Shown here one piece after another: positions 18,898-28,097 of a stretch of 64,000 nt of DNA. Each line of letters starts with the position of its first letter. The first letter of the stretch is position 1. The notes beneath the pieces were generated by a model that was not told where the DNA came from, searched no databases, and worked only from the letters and a program-made list of their open reading frames with translations. Source of the stretch: Oceanispirochaeta sp. (GTDB taxonomy: Bacteria; Spirochaetota; Spirochaetia; DSM-2461); the NCBI GenBank assembly GCA_963666275.2, contig CAXXOA010000002.1, forward strand, positions 96,001-160,000, read 5' to 3'. The translations under genes were made by a program, and so were the position numbers.

Positions 18898-20498
18898 TCT
18901 GCTGCCTCCTTTTTCTTTCCTTTCCGTGCGGTTTCAATACATTCCCGAACGGCTATCACAACTGAAACCCCTTTATAGGCCAGTTCTTTTTTCAGTTTTT
19001 CCTTATTTTCTTCATGGAACTTCCGGTGGGCCGGAATGGTTATCAGGTGGGCTTCGTCCACACCGATCCCGCGAACCACATTTTCCAAACGGGATGAAGG
19101 CAGGATCGTGGTCTGCCCTCCCGTCATAGCGACGGTTTCATTGTCTACTATAATGATTGTCAGATCGGTTCCGCAGGAGACACAGTCCACCAGCCCGGTC
19201 AGTCCGGAATGGAGGAATGTGCTGTCTCCTATGACTGCCATGACATTTTTCAGTCCCGCTTCGGATGCGCCTTTGGCGGCGGTTATGGAAGCGCCCATGC
19301 AGATAATGGTCTCAGGAACGCCCAGGGGAGGAAGAGCTCCCAGAGCATAGCATCCGATGTCGGAAGTAACCGTACTCTCTTCCAGCTCAGCCTGAACCTC
19401 TTTGATAACCTTATATGTATCATCGTGTGGACATCCCCTGCAGAGCTGGGGAGGCCGTCCGGGCAGGTCCATGGAAGCGGTGGGACCTGATCGTTCGGGC
19501 AGCCCCAGCACCGGACGGATATTATCCGGATTGAGCTCTCCCTGACGGGGAACAGCCTGATCCATCTTTCCCTTGACGGAAACATCCATGGGAAGGATTC
19601 CCCTCAACAGGCGTTCCACATAGGGATACCCCTCCTCCAGGAGGATGATTTCATCCACGCCGGAAGCCAGCTGACGGATCTTTTTCTCGGGAATGGGATA
19701 GGCCCCGATATGCAGATGGGAAGGAGAGTCTTTCAGTTCCCCTTCGTTTTCTTTGAAGTAGTTATATCCCAGACCGGTTGTTATAACCCCTCTGGTTGTA
19801 TTTTCCTTATTTAAAACCATTGGGTTGAAGTCTGTTGATTCTGTATAGGCAAGCATATCGCTCTGCCTGTCCAGAAGACTGGCCCAGCGCCTTCTCGCAT
19901 TGGCCGGCAGGAGCATCCAGTCCTGTTTGTTCAGGGCCTTGTCCAGAGGATTCTCCGCCCTGGCATCTCTTGTTCTGATGGAAGCTCTTGAGTGGGAGAG
20001 CCTTGTAACCAGGCGCAGGATCACAGGGACATGGAATTTTTCCGAAAGCTCAAAGGCTTCCCGGGTCATATCGTAGGCCTGCTGCTGATTCACCGGTTCC
20101 AGACAGGGGATCCTGGCAAAATCGGCGTAAAAGCGGGTATCCTGTTCATTCTGGGAAGAGTGCATCCCCGGGTCATCCGCCACGACAATCAGAAGACCTC
20201 CTCTGATATCCAGAAGGGATCCGTTCATAAATGCATCAGCGGCCACATTGAGCCCTACATGCTTCATAGTAACGATGGCCCGTTTCCCCGCAAAAGAGGT
20301 CCCCAGAGCTTCTTCCAGAGCGGTTTTCTCGTTACTGGACCATCTGGCAAAGGGGGCTCCGTTCTTTTCACTGAACTCCAAGAGATATTCCATAATTTCG
20401 GTAGAGGGGGTCCCGGGGTAACCGTAACAGGAGGAAACTCCTCCATGAACAGCACCTATGGCAACCGCTTCATCACCGAGCACAACCATTTCAGACAT
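18894..20498 (-). CDS. iorA: Indolepyruvate:ferredoxin oxidoreductase alpha subunit (short form, no C-terminal ferredoxin)
   Basis: GYPGTPSTE, NEKTALE, MKHVGLNVAAD, DDPGMHSSQNEQD, LCRGCPH, DIGCY, GDSTFLHSG, DN..AMTGGQ. Confidence 0.93.
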   Translation of the reverse strand: MSEMVVLGDEAVAIGAVHGGVSSCYGYPGTPSTEIMEYLLEFSEKNGAPFARWSSNEKTALEEALGTSFAGKRAIVTMKHVGLNVAADAFMNGSLLDIRGGLLIVVADDPGMHSSQNEQDTRFYADFARIPCLEPVNQQQAYDMTREAFELSEKFHVPVILRLVTRLSHSRASIRTRDARAENPLDKALNKQDWMLLPANARRRWASLLDRQSDMLAYTESTDFNPMVLNKENTTRGVITTGLGYNYFKENEGELKDSPSHLHIGAYPIPEKKIRQLASGVDEIILLEEGYPYVERLLRGILPMDVSVKGKMDQAVPRQGELNPDNIRPVLGLPERSGPTASMDLPGRPPQLCRGCPHDDTYKVIKEVQAELEESTVTSDIGCYALGALPPLGVPETIICMGASITAAKGASEAGLKNVMAVIGDSTFLHSGLTGLVDCVSCGTDLTIIIVDNETVAMTGGQTTILPSSRLENVVRGIGVDEAHLITIPAHRKFHEENKEKLKKELAYKGVSVVIAVRECIETARKGKKKEAAE

Positions 20499-20765
20499 GT
20501 GAACTCCTTTAGACTTATGATGTGATCCACCCTAAAGGGGCAGAAGTTATTCATTAGATTTTTTTAGGTATAAGAACAGGGATCCGTTGTTTAGAATCCC
20601 CATTGTCATCCTGTAACCTAATATTTATACCATGGCCCAGAGAGGAGAGAAAGCGGGAAATTTGCATTTGTATTTCTGATTGAGGAATATAATGATGAAA
20701 AAAGAGGCATGTAGCCCGGGAGAATCGCTTTTCAGAGATGCAGAGGCAGATTCAGAAGTCCCATA

Positions 20766-21296
20766 TCAGCAGGAGCAGTTATAGACATTCCTGTATATAG
20801 TGAGCCTGACTTTTTCAAAATCCGGCATATCGAGCCTTTGGGGATAACTCATAAGGAAAAGGGGGACATCTTTCTTGCCTTCTTCCATGGGAGGCTGAAT
20901 ATAATCGTACACATTCAGATGGAACCCCAGGGATTCATAGAAACCGATCCTTCTGACAGCATCGCAATTGACTGGCCGTTCCACTTCCAGAATCACCGGT
21001 TTCCCTTCCGATTCCAGGAGCTCCCGCATAATGGAGGAACCGATACCGCTTCCCCTCACTTCGGGAACCACAGCCATGTGGTCGACAAAGACAAAATCTG
21101 TAAAATGAAAAGTGTTGATAAACCCCTGATACAGATCATCGGATTTGTAGTGGCGTATCCTGAAGGCGGGATGAGACATTATCTCTTTCTGGAGATCCAG
21201 TCCCCTTTTTTCATCCTCGGGGAATGCCTGATTGTACAGATCCCAGAAGTTATCAAAGTCACTTGTTTTTGTATCTATCATAAAACTGAGAGTCAT
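20766..21296 (-). CDS. GNAT family acetyltransferase
   Basis: AFPEDEKR, RGSGIGS, LEVERP, RRIGFYESLGF, YIQPP. The start could instead be the Met at 21281. Confidence 0.88.
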   Translation of the reverse strand: MTLSFMIDTKTSDFDNFWDLYNQAFPEDEKRGLDLQKEIMSHPAFRIRHYKSDDLYQGFINTFHFTDFVFVDHMAVVPEVRGSGIGSSIMRELLESEGKPVILEVERPVNCDAVRRIGFYESLGFHLNVYDYIQPPMEEGKKDVPLFLMSYPQRLDMPDFEKVRLTIYRNVYNCSC

Positions 21297-21304
21297 AAAA
21301 GCAG

Positions 21305-21338
21305 GAAAGCCCCCCTCCCGTCAAGACAGAAAGGGGAC
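21305..21338 (-). terminator. Hairpin terminator after the MCP gene
   Basis: GTCCCCTTTCTGTC-TT-GACGGGAGGGGGGC (with G-U pairs) followed by T-rich sequence on the minus strand. Confidence 0.55.
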
Positions 21339-21359
21339 ATCCCGTACAATTAGAGCAAA

Positions 21360-23225
21360 TCAGGTTCTGAATTTACCGAATTCTGTGTTAAGCAATTCCA
21401 CAATTTCACTGAGCTTCTCGGTAGTTGTCACCACGCCTTCGATAGCACTGGTGATTCCCGAAGATTTATCAGTTATACTGGCGACCTTCTCGGAAACACT
21501 GGTGGAAACAGCTTTCACAGAGGAGGAATTCTCCATCATTGTCTGAACGCCGCTTTTTATCTCGATAGATCCGTCCCGGATCACTGCCGTCACGTTATTG
21601 ATCTCCTGAGAGGCATTCATGATCTGAGACCCCCCTGTATTCAGTTCGGAAATAGAGTACTCAATCTCCTTAAAGGCTCCGACAGTCGATTCAATCTCCT
21701 GACTGATTTTTGTAAAGGCATCGTCAATACTGATAACATTCTCATTGGTATTCTGGATTCCCGATGCGATATCGCCCACAACCTTGGCTATGTTGGTAGA
21801 GGATATGGATGTGGAATCCGCAAGTTTCCGGATCTCTTCCGCTACAACGGCGAACCCTTTCCCGGACTCTCCCGCATGGGCCGCTTCAATAGCGGCATTC
21901 ATGGACAGGAGGTTAGTCTGACTGGCAATGGAACTGATAATATTGGCTAGCTCATTGATCGAACCGATCTTGGTAACCACACCGGAAAAATCCGTTCTCA
22001 TATGTTCCAGAAGATCTTTTCCCTCGGTCATCTGAACCTGGAGTTTCTCTATGGAAGACCTTTTATTTTTGGTTATGCCATCTACACTGTTCAGAGAGGA
22101 CATCATTTCATTGATGGCGGATGTGGATTCCTCCACCATCTGAGCCTGGCTCTCGATCTGAGAATCAAAAGAGTTGATATTTGATGTTATCTCTTCTGTG
22201 GCAGTAACACTGCTGTGAATGTTCTCGTTCAGCACTTGAAGCTGCTGTTCCATTTCCTGTATATCGCTGCTTATGCCGGAGATCGAACTGCTTGTAGTGA
22301 CTGTCGATTCCTGAAGGGAGTTCTGAAGCTCAACAGTGGTCTGAACAGCGCCCTGAGTCTCCTGGACAAGCAGCCTCAGTTTACCCACGAAATCATTGAA
22401 CCGGGAAGCAACCGTACCGATCTCATCTTTTGATGATACATCGATCTGAGCGGTCAGATCCGCGTCTCCCGAGGCAATGGCTGTAATGGATTCGGCAATC
22501 GATTTAAGAGGATTTATAAAGCGCCGTAAAATAAGAGCCAGAAGGACAAGACCGACAGTCAGATAGACCAGCTGAATGAGAAGGAATATCAACTGAAAAC
22601 GATTGATGGTAAGCTGTAAATCCTGAGAGAATTCATTGTTTTTGGTTTCAATGTCCCCGATGTACTCCCCCACTCCGAAAAAGAACTGGTATCCATCAAT
22701 CTCAAAAGGCGTATAGTAACCAACCTTGGGTTCCACAGTCTCTGATCTGGGGTTGTTCCAGTAGTAGGTTGTAAATCCGCCGCCCGATTTAGCCGCTTCG
22801 ATCATATCCCGGACAAGATAGTTCCCCAGTTCATCCTGGGCATCGTAAAGATTGCTTTTCATTTCCGTGTCAGGCGCAAGCTGATAGGAGATCCTCAGTC
22901 CTTCATAATCATAGGCAAAGTAATATCCCACATCGCCGAAGGAGGCGTCCCGGATAACCTTTCTCACGACACTCAATTTCTCTTCAGTCCCCAATCCCTG
23001 CCGATCCAGATCAGTCACCAGCCCCTGAAGGAGAGTTTCAAGAGTTTCACTCTGGAACTGAAGGGCCCTTTTCCTGGCATCCAGGAGAAAATCATAGTTG
23101 ATCGTCATGACCTGGGTATTAATATTTCTAAAAATACTGGAAAGAGAAAGAAAAATGATCCCGAAAAAAAGGATGTAGGATCCGAAGACTATAAGTAGGA
23201 TCCTTTTCAAGAAAATATTTTTCAC
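21360..23225 (-). CDS. Methyl-accepting chemotaxis protein (Cache sensor, HAMP, signalling domain)
   Basis: Two TM segments; [15 protein letters not shown] (Cache); DEIG..FNDF (HAMP); [37 protein letters not shown]. Confidence 0.95.
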   Translation of the reverse strand: MKNIFLKRILLIVFGSYILFFGIIFLSLSSIFRNINTQVMTINYDFLLDARKRALQFQSETLETLLQGLVTDLDRQGLGTEEKLSVVRKVIRDASFGDVGYYFAYDYEGLRISYQLAPDTEMKSNLYDAQDELGNYLVRDMIEAAKSGGGFTTYYWNNPRSETVEPKVGYYTPFEIDGYQFFFGVGEYIGDIETKNNEFSQDLQLTINRFQLIFLLIQLVYLTVGLVLLALILRRFINPLKSIAESITAIASGDADLTAQIDVSSKDEIGTVASRFNDFVGKLRLLVQETQGAVQTTVELQNSLQESTVTTSSSISGISSDIQEMEQQLQVLNENIHSSVTATEEITSNINSFDSQIESQAQMVEESTSAINEMMSSLNSVDGITKNKRSSIEKLQVQMTEGKDLLEHMRTDFSGVVTKIGSINELANIISSIASQTNLLSMNAAIEAAHAGESGKGFAVVAEEIRKLADSTSISSTNIAKVVGDIASGIQNTNENVISIDDAFTKISQEIESTVGAFKEIEYSISELNTGGSQIMNASQEINNVTAVIRDGSIEIKSGVQTMMENSSSVKAVSTSVSEKVASITDKSSGITSAIEGVVTTTEKLSEIVELLNTEFGKFRT

Positions 23226-23394
23226 TCGCTAAACTCCTGATTTATCTGCATATGCATTATTAAAAGTATATAATCGCTCTTTATATCTACACTATTTAAA
23301 TAATCGAATATCAGAAACTGCAATTCAATGAATTATTTGTGTAGAGATAGTGGAGTTGTCTATAATAGAGTTTAGGAAAACTAGGAGTTAAAAA

Positions 23395-24069
23395 ATGAAA
23401 AAAATCAGTCTTTTCCTATTTATGATTTTCTGTATTTCCTTTTCTGTGAATGCCATGGAGGCCGGAACTGGAATTTCCGTTTTTGTTCCCGAATCTCTCT
23501 ATACCTACGGAGAAGGCAGTGTCAGCCTGGAACAGAGCCTTGAGTTCAGCCTGGGGCTGGGGGAGTATCTGTCTATACCGGTGGGCTTCACCTACAATAC
23601 CAACTACGGCCTTATGGTTGACGGAGAGGATAAAGCCGACAGCCCCTGGTTTTATACAGATTCCATTCTCCCCTATGCCATGCTGAAAGCCCATGTTCCC
23701 CTGGGATACCTTTTTATTGAACTTTTCGGCGGCGTGGGAGCCAATTTCAACTTTACCCTGAGAGCTCTGGAAGGGAACATGGAAAAAGATCTTTCTACAG
23801 ACTCAGAACAGGTTGTTTTCGAAGACGGGACTCTGGAATATGACAAGCTCTGGGGCCTGGGATACCTGGCCGGAGCCGGAATCGGAGTGACCATAGACCA
23901 GATCAGTGTGCAGATCTCCTGCCTTTACAGGAATATTCAGCACCAGCTGAACATGTCTGCCGACTATGCGGATGTTTCGGATGTTCAGGGGTCCTACGAT
24001 CCCGGAGAGGATGTCACCCTGCTGATGAGAGGAATTTCCATCGGCCTGGGTGGAAGTTTCGCATTTTAA
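23395..24069 (+). CDS. Putative outer-membrane beta-barrel protein
   Basis: Signal peptide, alternating amphipathic strands, C-terminal GGSFAF (terminal Phe); AGGAG RBS. Confidence 0.6.
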   Translation: MKKISLFLFMIFCISFSVNAMEAGTGISVFVPESLYTYGEGSVSLEQSLEFSLGLGEYLSIPVGFTYNTNYGLMVDGEDKADSPWFYTDSILPYAMLKAHVPLGYLFIELFGGVGANFNFTLRALEGNMEKDLSTDSEQVVFEDGTLEYDKLWGLGYLAGAGIGVTIDQISVQISCLYRNIQHQLNMSADYADVSDVQGSYDPGEDVTLLMRGISIGLGGSFAF

Positions 24070-24149
24070 TAGTAAATATCTTATAATTTATAGTAGCTGA
24101 ATATCACTTTGCATCTTGCGTGGTTTTTTGAATACAGGAGGGTGAAAAA

Positions 24150-24326
24150 GTGAAAGAACTGGCAGGCCAATGGTTCATTGTGGAAGGCATAATGGACTAC
24201 AGAGCAGTCAGACAGGTACTTGAATTTCAGAGACACGGCGATCACAGAAGATTTGGAGAGATAGCTCTCTCCCGCCATCTGATAAACGGGAAAGACTTAC
24301 AGCGCTATATCTATTCGCTGGGCTGA
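24150..24326 (+). CDS. 58-aa standalone MshEN-like microprotein (putative c-di-GMP receptor)
   Basis: Below the ORF-track length cutoff. AGGAGG (24136-24141) 8 nt before GTG. Translation MKELAGQWFIVEGIMDYRAVRQVLEFQRHGDHRRFGEIALSRHLINGKDLQRYIYSLG fits two copies of RLGxxLLxxGLIxxxxLxxxLxxQ. Stop sits directly before a terminator. Confidence 0.75.
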   Translation: MKELAGQWFIVEGIMDYRAVRQVLEFQRHGDHRRFGEIALSRHLINGKDLQRYIYSLG

Positions 24327-24368
24327 AAAAGACCTGAAGGGGCTGTAGGAAGAGAACAGCCCTTTCAG
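24326..24368. terminator. Hairpin between the convergent microprotein and HU-fusion genes
   Basis: CTGAAGGGGCTGT...ACAGCCCTTTCAG; A-tract on the left gives a U-tail for the minus strand. Confidence 0.7.
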
Positions 24369-24377
24369 CTGAAAAAC

Positions 24378-25241
24378 CTATTCTGAAGAACTATCCTCAA
24401 CCGGCAGCTTTTCGACTTTCTCCTTGAGCGTGGAGGAAAAGCGGAAAACCGGGCTCATATGCTCGTCTTTGGCAGGAATGGTAATCTCTTCACCGGTCTG
24501 GGGGTTCCGTCCCAGACGGGCCTTCCGGCGGGGAGTTTTTTTCAATGAGAAACGCCCCATCCTGCCCAGTGAAACACTTTTGCCCAGAAGCAGTCCTGTT
24601 TCGAGCATATAGCTGTAGTCATCCATAATCATCCTGACTTTTTCCTGGCTTAAGCCGCTCTTTCTGGACAGATAGGAAACAATATTCTTTTTATTGAACT
24701 GATCCGTATCCACCCCCTGCAGGGGCATGGTAACTTCTCTATTGAGATGAACAAAGGAATTGGTCAGGAAAACAGTGGCCTCCCTGACCCGTTTATCCTG
24801 CTCCGCCGGAGAGACATCTTCCGAACAGACTACAATTTTATAGAGGGCTGAGGTTTTCTTTAAAGGCCCCAGAGTGAACTGTGCGACCTTTCCCCGCTGA
24901 AGATCCTCTGCCAGAGCTGTTTTATCGCAGTTGACAATATCCGGAACATCAGACCGCATTTTGATGCTGGCATATTCCATCCAGCGCTCACTGCCATAGC
25001 CCAGACTGACAAGGGAGCCTGAAAATGTAAGGAGCAGGGCTCCCCTTTTGTCTCCTTTCTCCAGAGAGGGAACACTCTCCATTCCCAGAAGAGAGATCTG
25101 TTCGTCAAAAAGGGTATCTTTTTTCAGCCAGAGGGCTTCCAGTCTATCCAGGGCTTCGGGGTCTTTACTCCACTCCTCCCGGGAGGATTCCAGAATCCTT
25201 TTCAGATGAGCCCTGATTTCTTCAGGCAGTTTCTGTTCCAT
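24378..25241 (-). CDS. Unknown N-terminal domain (~175 aa) fused to a C-terminal HU/IHF DNA-binding domain
   Basis: C-terminus FNKKNIVSYLSRKSGLSQ..GKSVSLGRMGRFSLK..RKARLGRNPQTGEEITIPAK..PVFRFS.TLKEKV is an HU-family signature. Confidence 0.85.
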   Translation of the reverse strand: MEQKLPEEIRAHLKRILESSREEWSKDPEALDRLEALWLKKDTLFDEQISLLGMESVPSLEKGDKRGALLLTFSGSLVSLGYGSERWMEYASIKMRSDVPDIVNCDKTALAEDLQRGKVAQFTLGPLKKTSALYKIVVCSEDVSPAEQDKRVREATVFLTNSFVHLNREVTMPLQGVDTDQFNKKNIVSYLSRKSGLSQEKVRMIMDDYSYMLETGLLLGKSVSLGRMGRFSLKKTPRRKARLGRNPQTGEEITIPAKDEHMSPVFRFSSTLKEKVEKLPVEDSSSE

Positions 25242-25283
25242 ATCATTCTCCAGATTTCAGGTTTTATATTAATATATACCTGT

Positions 25284-26189
25284 TTAGGTATTTTTTACAC
25301 TTTCTTCAGGATTCAGCATCTTTTTTCTCTGTTTCACTATGGTCAGAATTACAATAATCAGAGCGACAGGCCACAGGGGGGTCATGAAGAGAAAAATGAC
25401 AAGGAAAAAGGGAAATTTCTTTTTCTTCTCTCCCGGACTGGCCGAACCGGTCAGAGAGGATTTCAGCTGGTCTGCGGAGTGATTCCCTGTAAGGGCCCTG
25501 AAATCCTCCTGGGTAAATTCAGGATGCTCCTTCCCGTACTGCTGGAGCCTTTTTATCTTTTCAATCAGTCCGATGGATTTATCTTTCATGATCGCTTCCA
25601 CTTGGGGGGGCATTTTTTTTACACCCTCCGGGCCGGTTCCTCCGGCGGGGACAGAAGGGATATTCTCAGACCGGGGAGCTTCTGATGCCTTGGGAGCAGC
25701 GTCCCTCACAATGGCTCGTCCTTCCTGTGCGGAAGAATCTGGTGAAACATAGGAACGCTCGTAGGGATTCTTCTTTCCCTTCATACGGACAGTATCTCCC
25801 TCCAGAGAGATTCCCAGGGAGTCTATACGGGCCAGTTTCCGGATAAGGGTTCTCAAACGGGGAGCGGAGATTCCTGTGGTCATGGCCAGCTGATCAACCG
25901 TGTTTTTCCGCGAGTACTGCATGGCATCGAGGATTTTCAGGCTCTGCTTCTCTTTATAGCGGACCACCCTCCCTACCAGCTGGGACAGAATGACCCCGAC
26001 AGCGTAAAGGAGGACTGTACTGAGCCGGTTTCCCAGGATATCCGGTGCGGATTTCAGAAATGCAGGAAAATCCTCCACCCGGGGGATAAGACTCAGCCAG
26101 GGCCAGGCAAAAATGGCCGTGGGAAGGAGCATGAGAAAAGAGGCGATAATGAGGATATCATCCATTTTATAGATATTCCGGTTTTCCAT
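25284..26189 (-). CDS. Hypothetical membrane protein (2 TM, wHTH-like segment, low-complexity linker, C-terminal hydrophobic hairpin)
   Basis: Hydrophobic segments at both ends; TVDQLAMTTGISAPRLRTLIRKL resembles an HTH. Confidence 0.6.
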   Translation of the reverse strand: MENRNIYKMDDILIIASFLMLLPTAIFAWPWLSLIPRVEDFPAFLKSAPDILGNRLSTVLLYAVGVILSQLVGRVVRYKEKQSLKILDAMQYSRKNTVDQLAMTTGISAPRLRTLIRKLARIDSLGISLEGDTVRMKGKKNPYERSYVSPDSSAQEGRAIVRDAAPKASEAPRSENIPSVPAGGTGPEGVKKMPPQVEAIMKDKSIGLIEKIKRLQQYGKEHPEFTQEDFRALTGNHSADQLKSSLTGSASPGEKKKKFPFFLVIFLFMTPLWPVALIIVILTIVKQRKKMLNPEESVKNT

Positions 26190-26302
26190 AGTATTTACAT
26201 CTCCGACAGACACTGTTTCTCTTCTATTATACTCCCCTTTGAAAAGGAAACAACTGATTCTCTCTATAGACCATAAATACGGCTCTGCCTATAATGCCGG
26301 AT

Positions 26303-27175
26303 ATGTCAGAAAGCAATTATGAATTCCTGGATTGCGGCAGAGGCCGGCGGCTGGAGAGAATCGGAAGATGGCTCATAGACAGGCCGGCTCCCCAGGCGGA
26401 ATGGAGCCCCGGCCTGATGGAAACGGAATGGAACAGAGCGGATGCGGTCTACAGAGGTCAGGGAAAATCCGGTCACTGGGATTTCAGAAACCCGGAGCTG
26501 GACCAGGATCCGGAGGATTTCCGTTTTACAATGGATTCGATCGTCATGGATCTCCGGTTTTCTGAAAACGGCCAGATCGGAATCTATCCGGAGCAGATCC
26601 CCAACTGGGAGTGGCTGAGAATGCAGACAGACCGGGCGGAATCTCCCCTGAAAGTCCTGAACGGATTTGCCTATACCGGAGGATCCACCCTTTTCTCCTC
26701 TCTGGGAGGAGCCGGAAAAAACAGAATCGAGACCTGCCATGTGGATGCGTCAAAAAGCTCAGTCAACTGGGCCCGGAACAACCGGGATCTTTCAGGCCTG
26801 CAGGAAGAGACGATCCGCTTTGTGGTTGAGGATATACTCCGTTTTATGGAAAGGGAAATAAAAAGGGGAAGGACCTATCAGGGACTGATCCTGGATCCTC
26901 CCGCTTTCGGGAGAGCCCCCGGGGGCAGAACCTGGGTATTGAAAAAAGACCTGTTCACCCTGATAGACCTGAGTATCCGGCTTATGGGAGATGATCCCCG
27001 GTTTATCCTTCTCTCCTGTCACGACCCTGAAATTACCCCGGAGATTCTGGCCCAGCAGATGGCAAGATTTCCCCGAGTCAGAACCGGAGATATAGAAACA
27101 CTCAATCTGGAACTGTCTGCCAAGAGGGGCAGATCCCTCCCCAACGGCATCGCCGCAAGGTGGTCCCGCCTTTAA
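26303..27175 (+). CDS. Class I SAM-dependent methyltransferase (RlmI/YwbD-like)
   Basis: YEFLDCG.G.RLERIG..DRPAPQA, GIYPEQ, VLNGFAYTGG, HVDASK, ILDPPAFG. Confidence 0.88.
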   Translation: MSESNYEFLDCGRGRRLERIGRWLIDRPAPQAEWSPGLMETEWNRADAVYRGQGKSGHWDFRNPELDQDPEDFRFTMDSIVMDLRFSENGQIGIYPEQIPNWEWLRMQTDRAESPLKVLNGFAYTGGSTLFSSLGGAGKNRIETCHVDASKSSVNWARNNRDLSGLQEETIRFVVEDILRFMEREIKRGRTYQGLILDPPAFGRAPGGRTWVLKKDLFTLIDLSIRLMGDDPRFILLSCHDPEITPEILAQQMARFPRVRTGDIETLNLELSAKRGRSLPNGIAARWSRL

Positions 27176-27177
27176 AA

Positions 27178-27250
27178 CAGGGAAGGGACCGGAGCGTAGT
27201 CCACTACGTGAGGACCCGGCGCAGGTCTCTAACGCAGGATATGGGCTAAA
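27178..27250. repeat. Structured intergenic element (REP/MITE-like)
   Basis: Outer stem AGGGACC/GGTCTCT encloses hairpin GCGTAG-TCCA-CTACGT flanked by GGA and GAGGA; lies between convergent genes; single copy in the window. Confidence 0.45.
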
Positions 27251-27260
27251 GATCATCTGG

Positions 27261-28094
27261 TTACATCATTTTCATGGTGCCCTTGTATAACAGCACCGGC
27301 GTTACAAAAAGAGCAGCTCCCTGCTTTTTATTAAGATCCCCTGTAATGGACTCGATCCCTTCCACAACATCAGCCACCCTGGACTCGGGAACCAGCACTT
27401 GAATGGTTTTACTCCGGTTGGTCAGATCGTTCATAAAACCAAGGAAGCCCGCAAAAAGAGGAACGCTGGAGATATACTCTCCCATACCGAAGGATTCTGT
27501 AATATTGGCCCCTTCGATGCCTCTCTGTATGAACATCTCCAGAATATCGTAGATCAGGTCCAGATCAAAAAGGATCAGAGAGAGAAGGTTCATACGCTCT
27601 TTTTTCTCTTCCTTCGACGGGGCCTCTCCGGCAGGGCGGAGGTGAGAGACAAAAGCTTCAAAAAGGGCTGTTTCCGTTGGAGCCGCCAGCATTTCGGGCC
27701 GGACCCCGGGCAGGGAGAGTGTCCGGGAGATCATAGCCAGGATCTTCAGATGGTTGGCGGCCTCTCCCATGGGGGCCAGGATCATAAAAAAGAGGCGGGC
27801 TTTCTTATTATCAATAGCCTGAAAGTCCACGCCTTTCTGACTGGTGGCTATGACCACAACAAAATCCTCCAGGCCGGGAACTTCCGCATGGGGGATCGCC
27901 AGATGATTACCGATCCCCGTGGAACCTTTTCCCTCCCTGGCATGGACATTGGTCAGAAGTATTTTTTTATCAACATTGGCTGCTGCCGGGTGTTTCATTG
28001 CCAGATCAGCCAGATTTTCCAGAATTTCCTCTTTTGTCGCCCCGGGGATACCGGCTTTACAACTGTCGGGGTGCACCATATTCAATAGATCCAT
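27261..28094 (-). CDS. PTS EIIA (Ntr/Fru-type) domain fused to a PII-like domain
   Basis: RE..GSTGIGNHLAIPHA (phospho-His), GVDFQAID, HLKILAMISR; C-terminal GIEGANITESFGMG..PLFAG..SKTI..IESITGDL..GAALFVTPV..KG. Confidence 0.85.
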   Translation of the reverse strand: MDLLNMVHPDSCKAGIPGATKEEILENLADLAMKHPAAANVDKKILLTNVHAREGKGSTGIGNHLAIPHAEVPGLEDFVVVIATSQKGVDFQAIDNKKARLFFMILAPMGEAANHLKILAMISRTLSLPGVRPEMLAAPTETALFEAFVSHLRPAGEAPSKEEKKERMNLLSLILFDLDLIYDILEMFIQRGIEGANITESFGMGEYISSVPLFAGFLGFMNDLTNRSKTIQVLVPESRVADVVEGIESITGDLNKKQGAALFVTPVLLYKGTMKMM

Positions 28095-28097
28095 TTC

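Noticed and set aside
23226..23310. Sigma28 promoter for the MCP (TAAA...GCGATTA), and a similar GCCGAAAA upstream of flcA
   Set aside because: Spacing or the -35 element does not match well, and the AT-rich context makes chance hits likely.
24081..24278. Minus-strand 65-aa ORF
   Set aside because: No RBS or motif; the plus-strand 58-aa ORF has a strong RBS, a motif match and a terminator.
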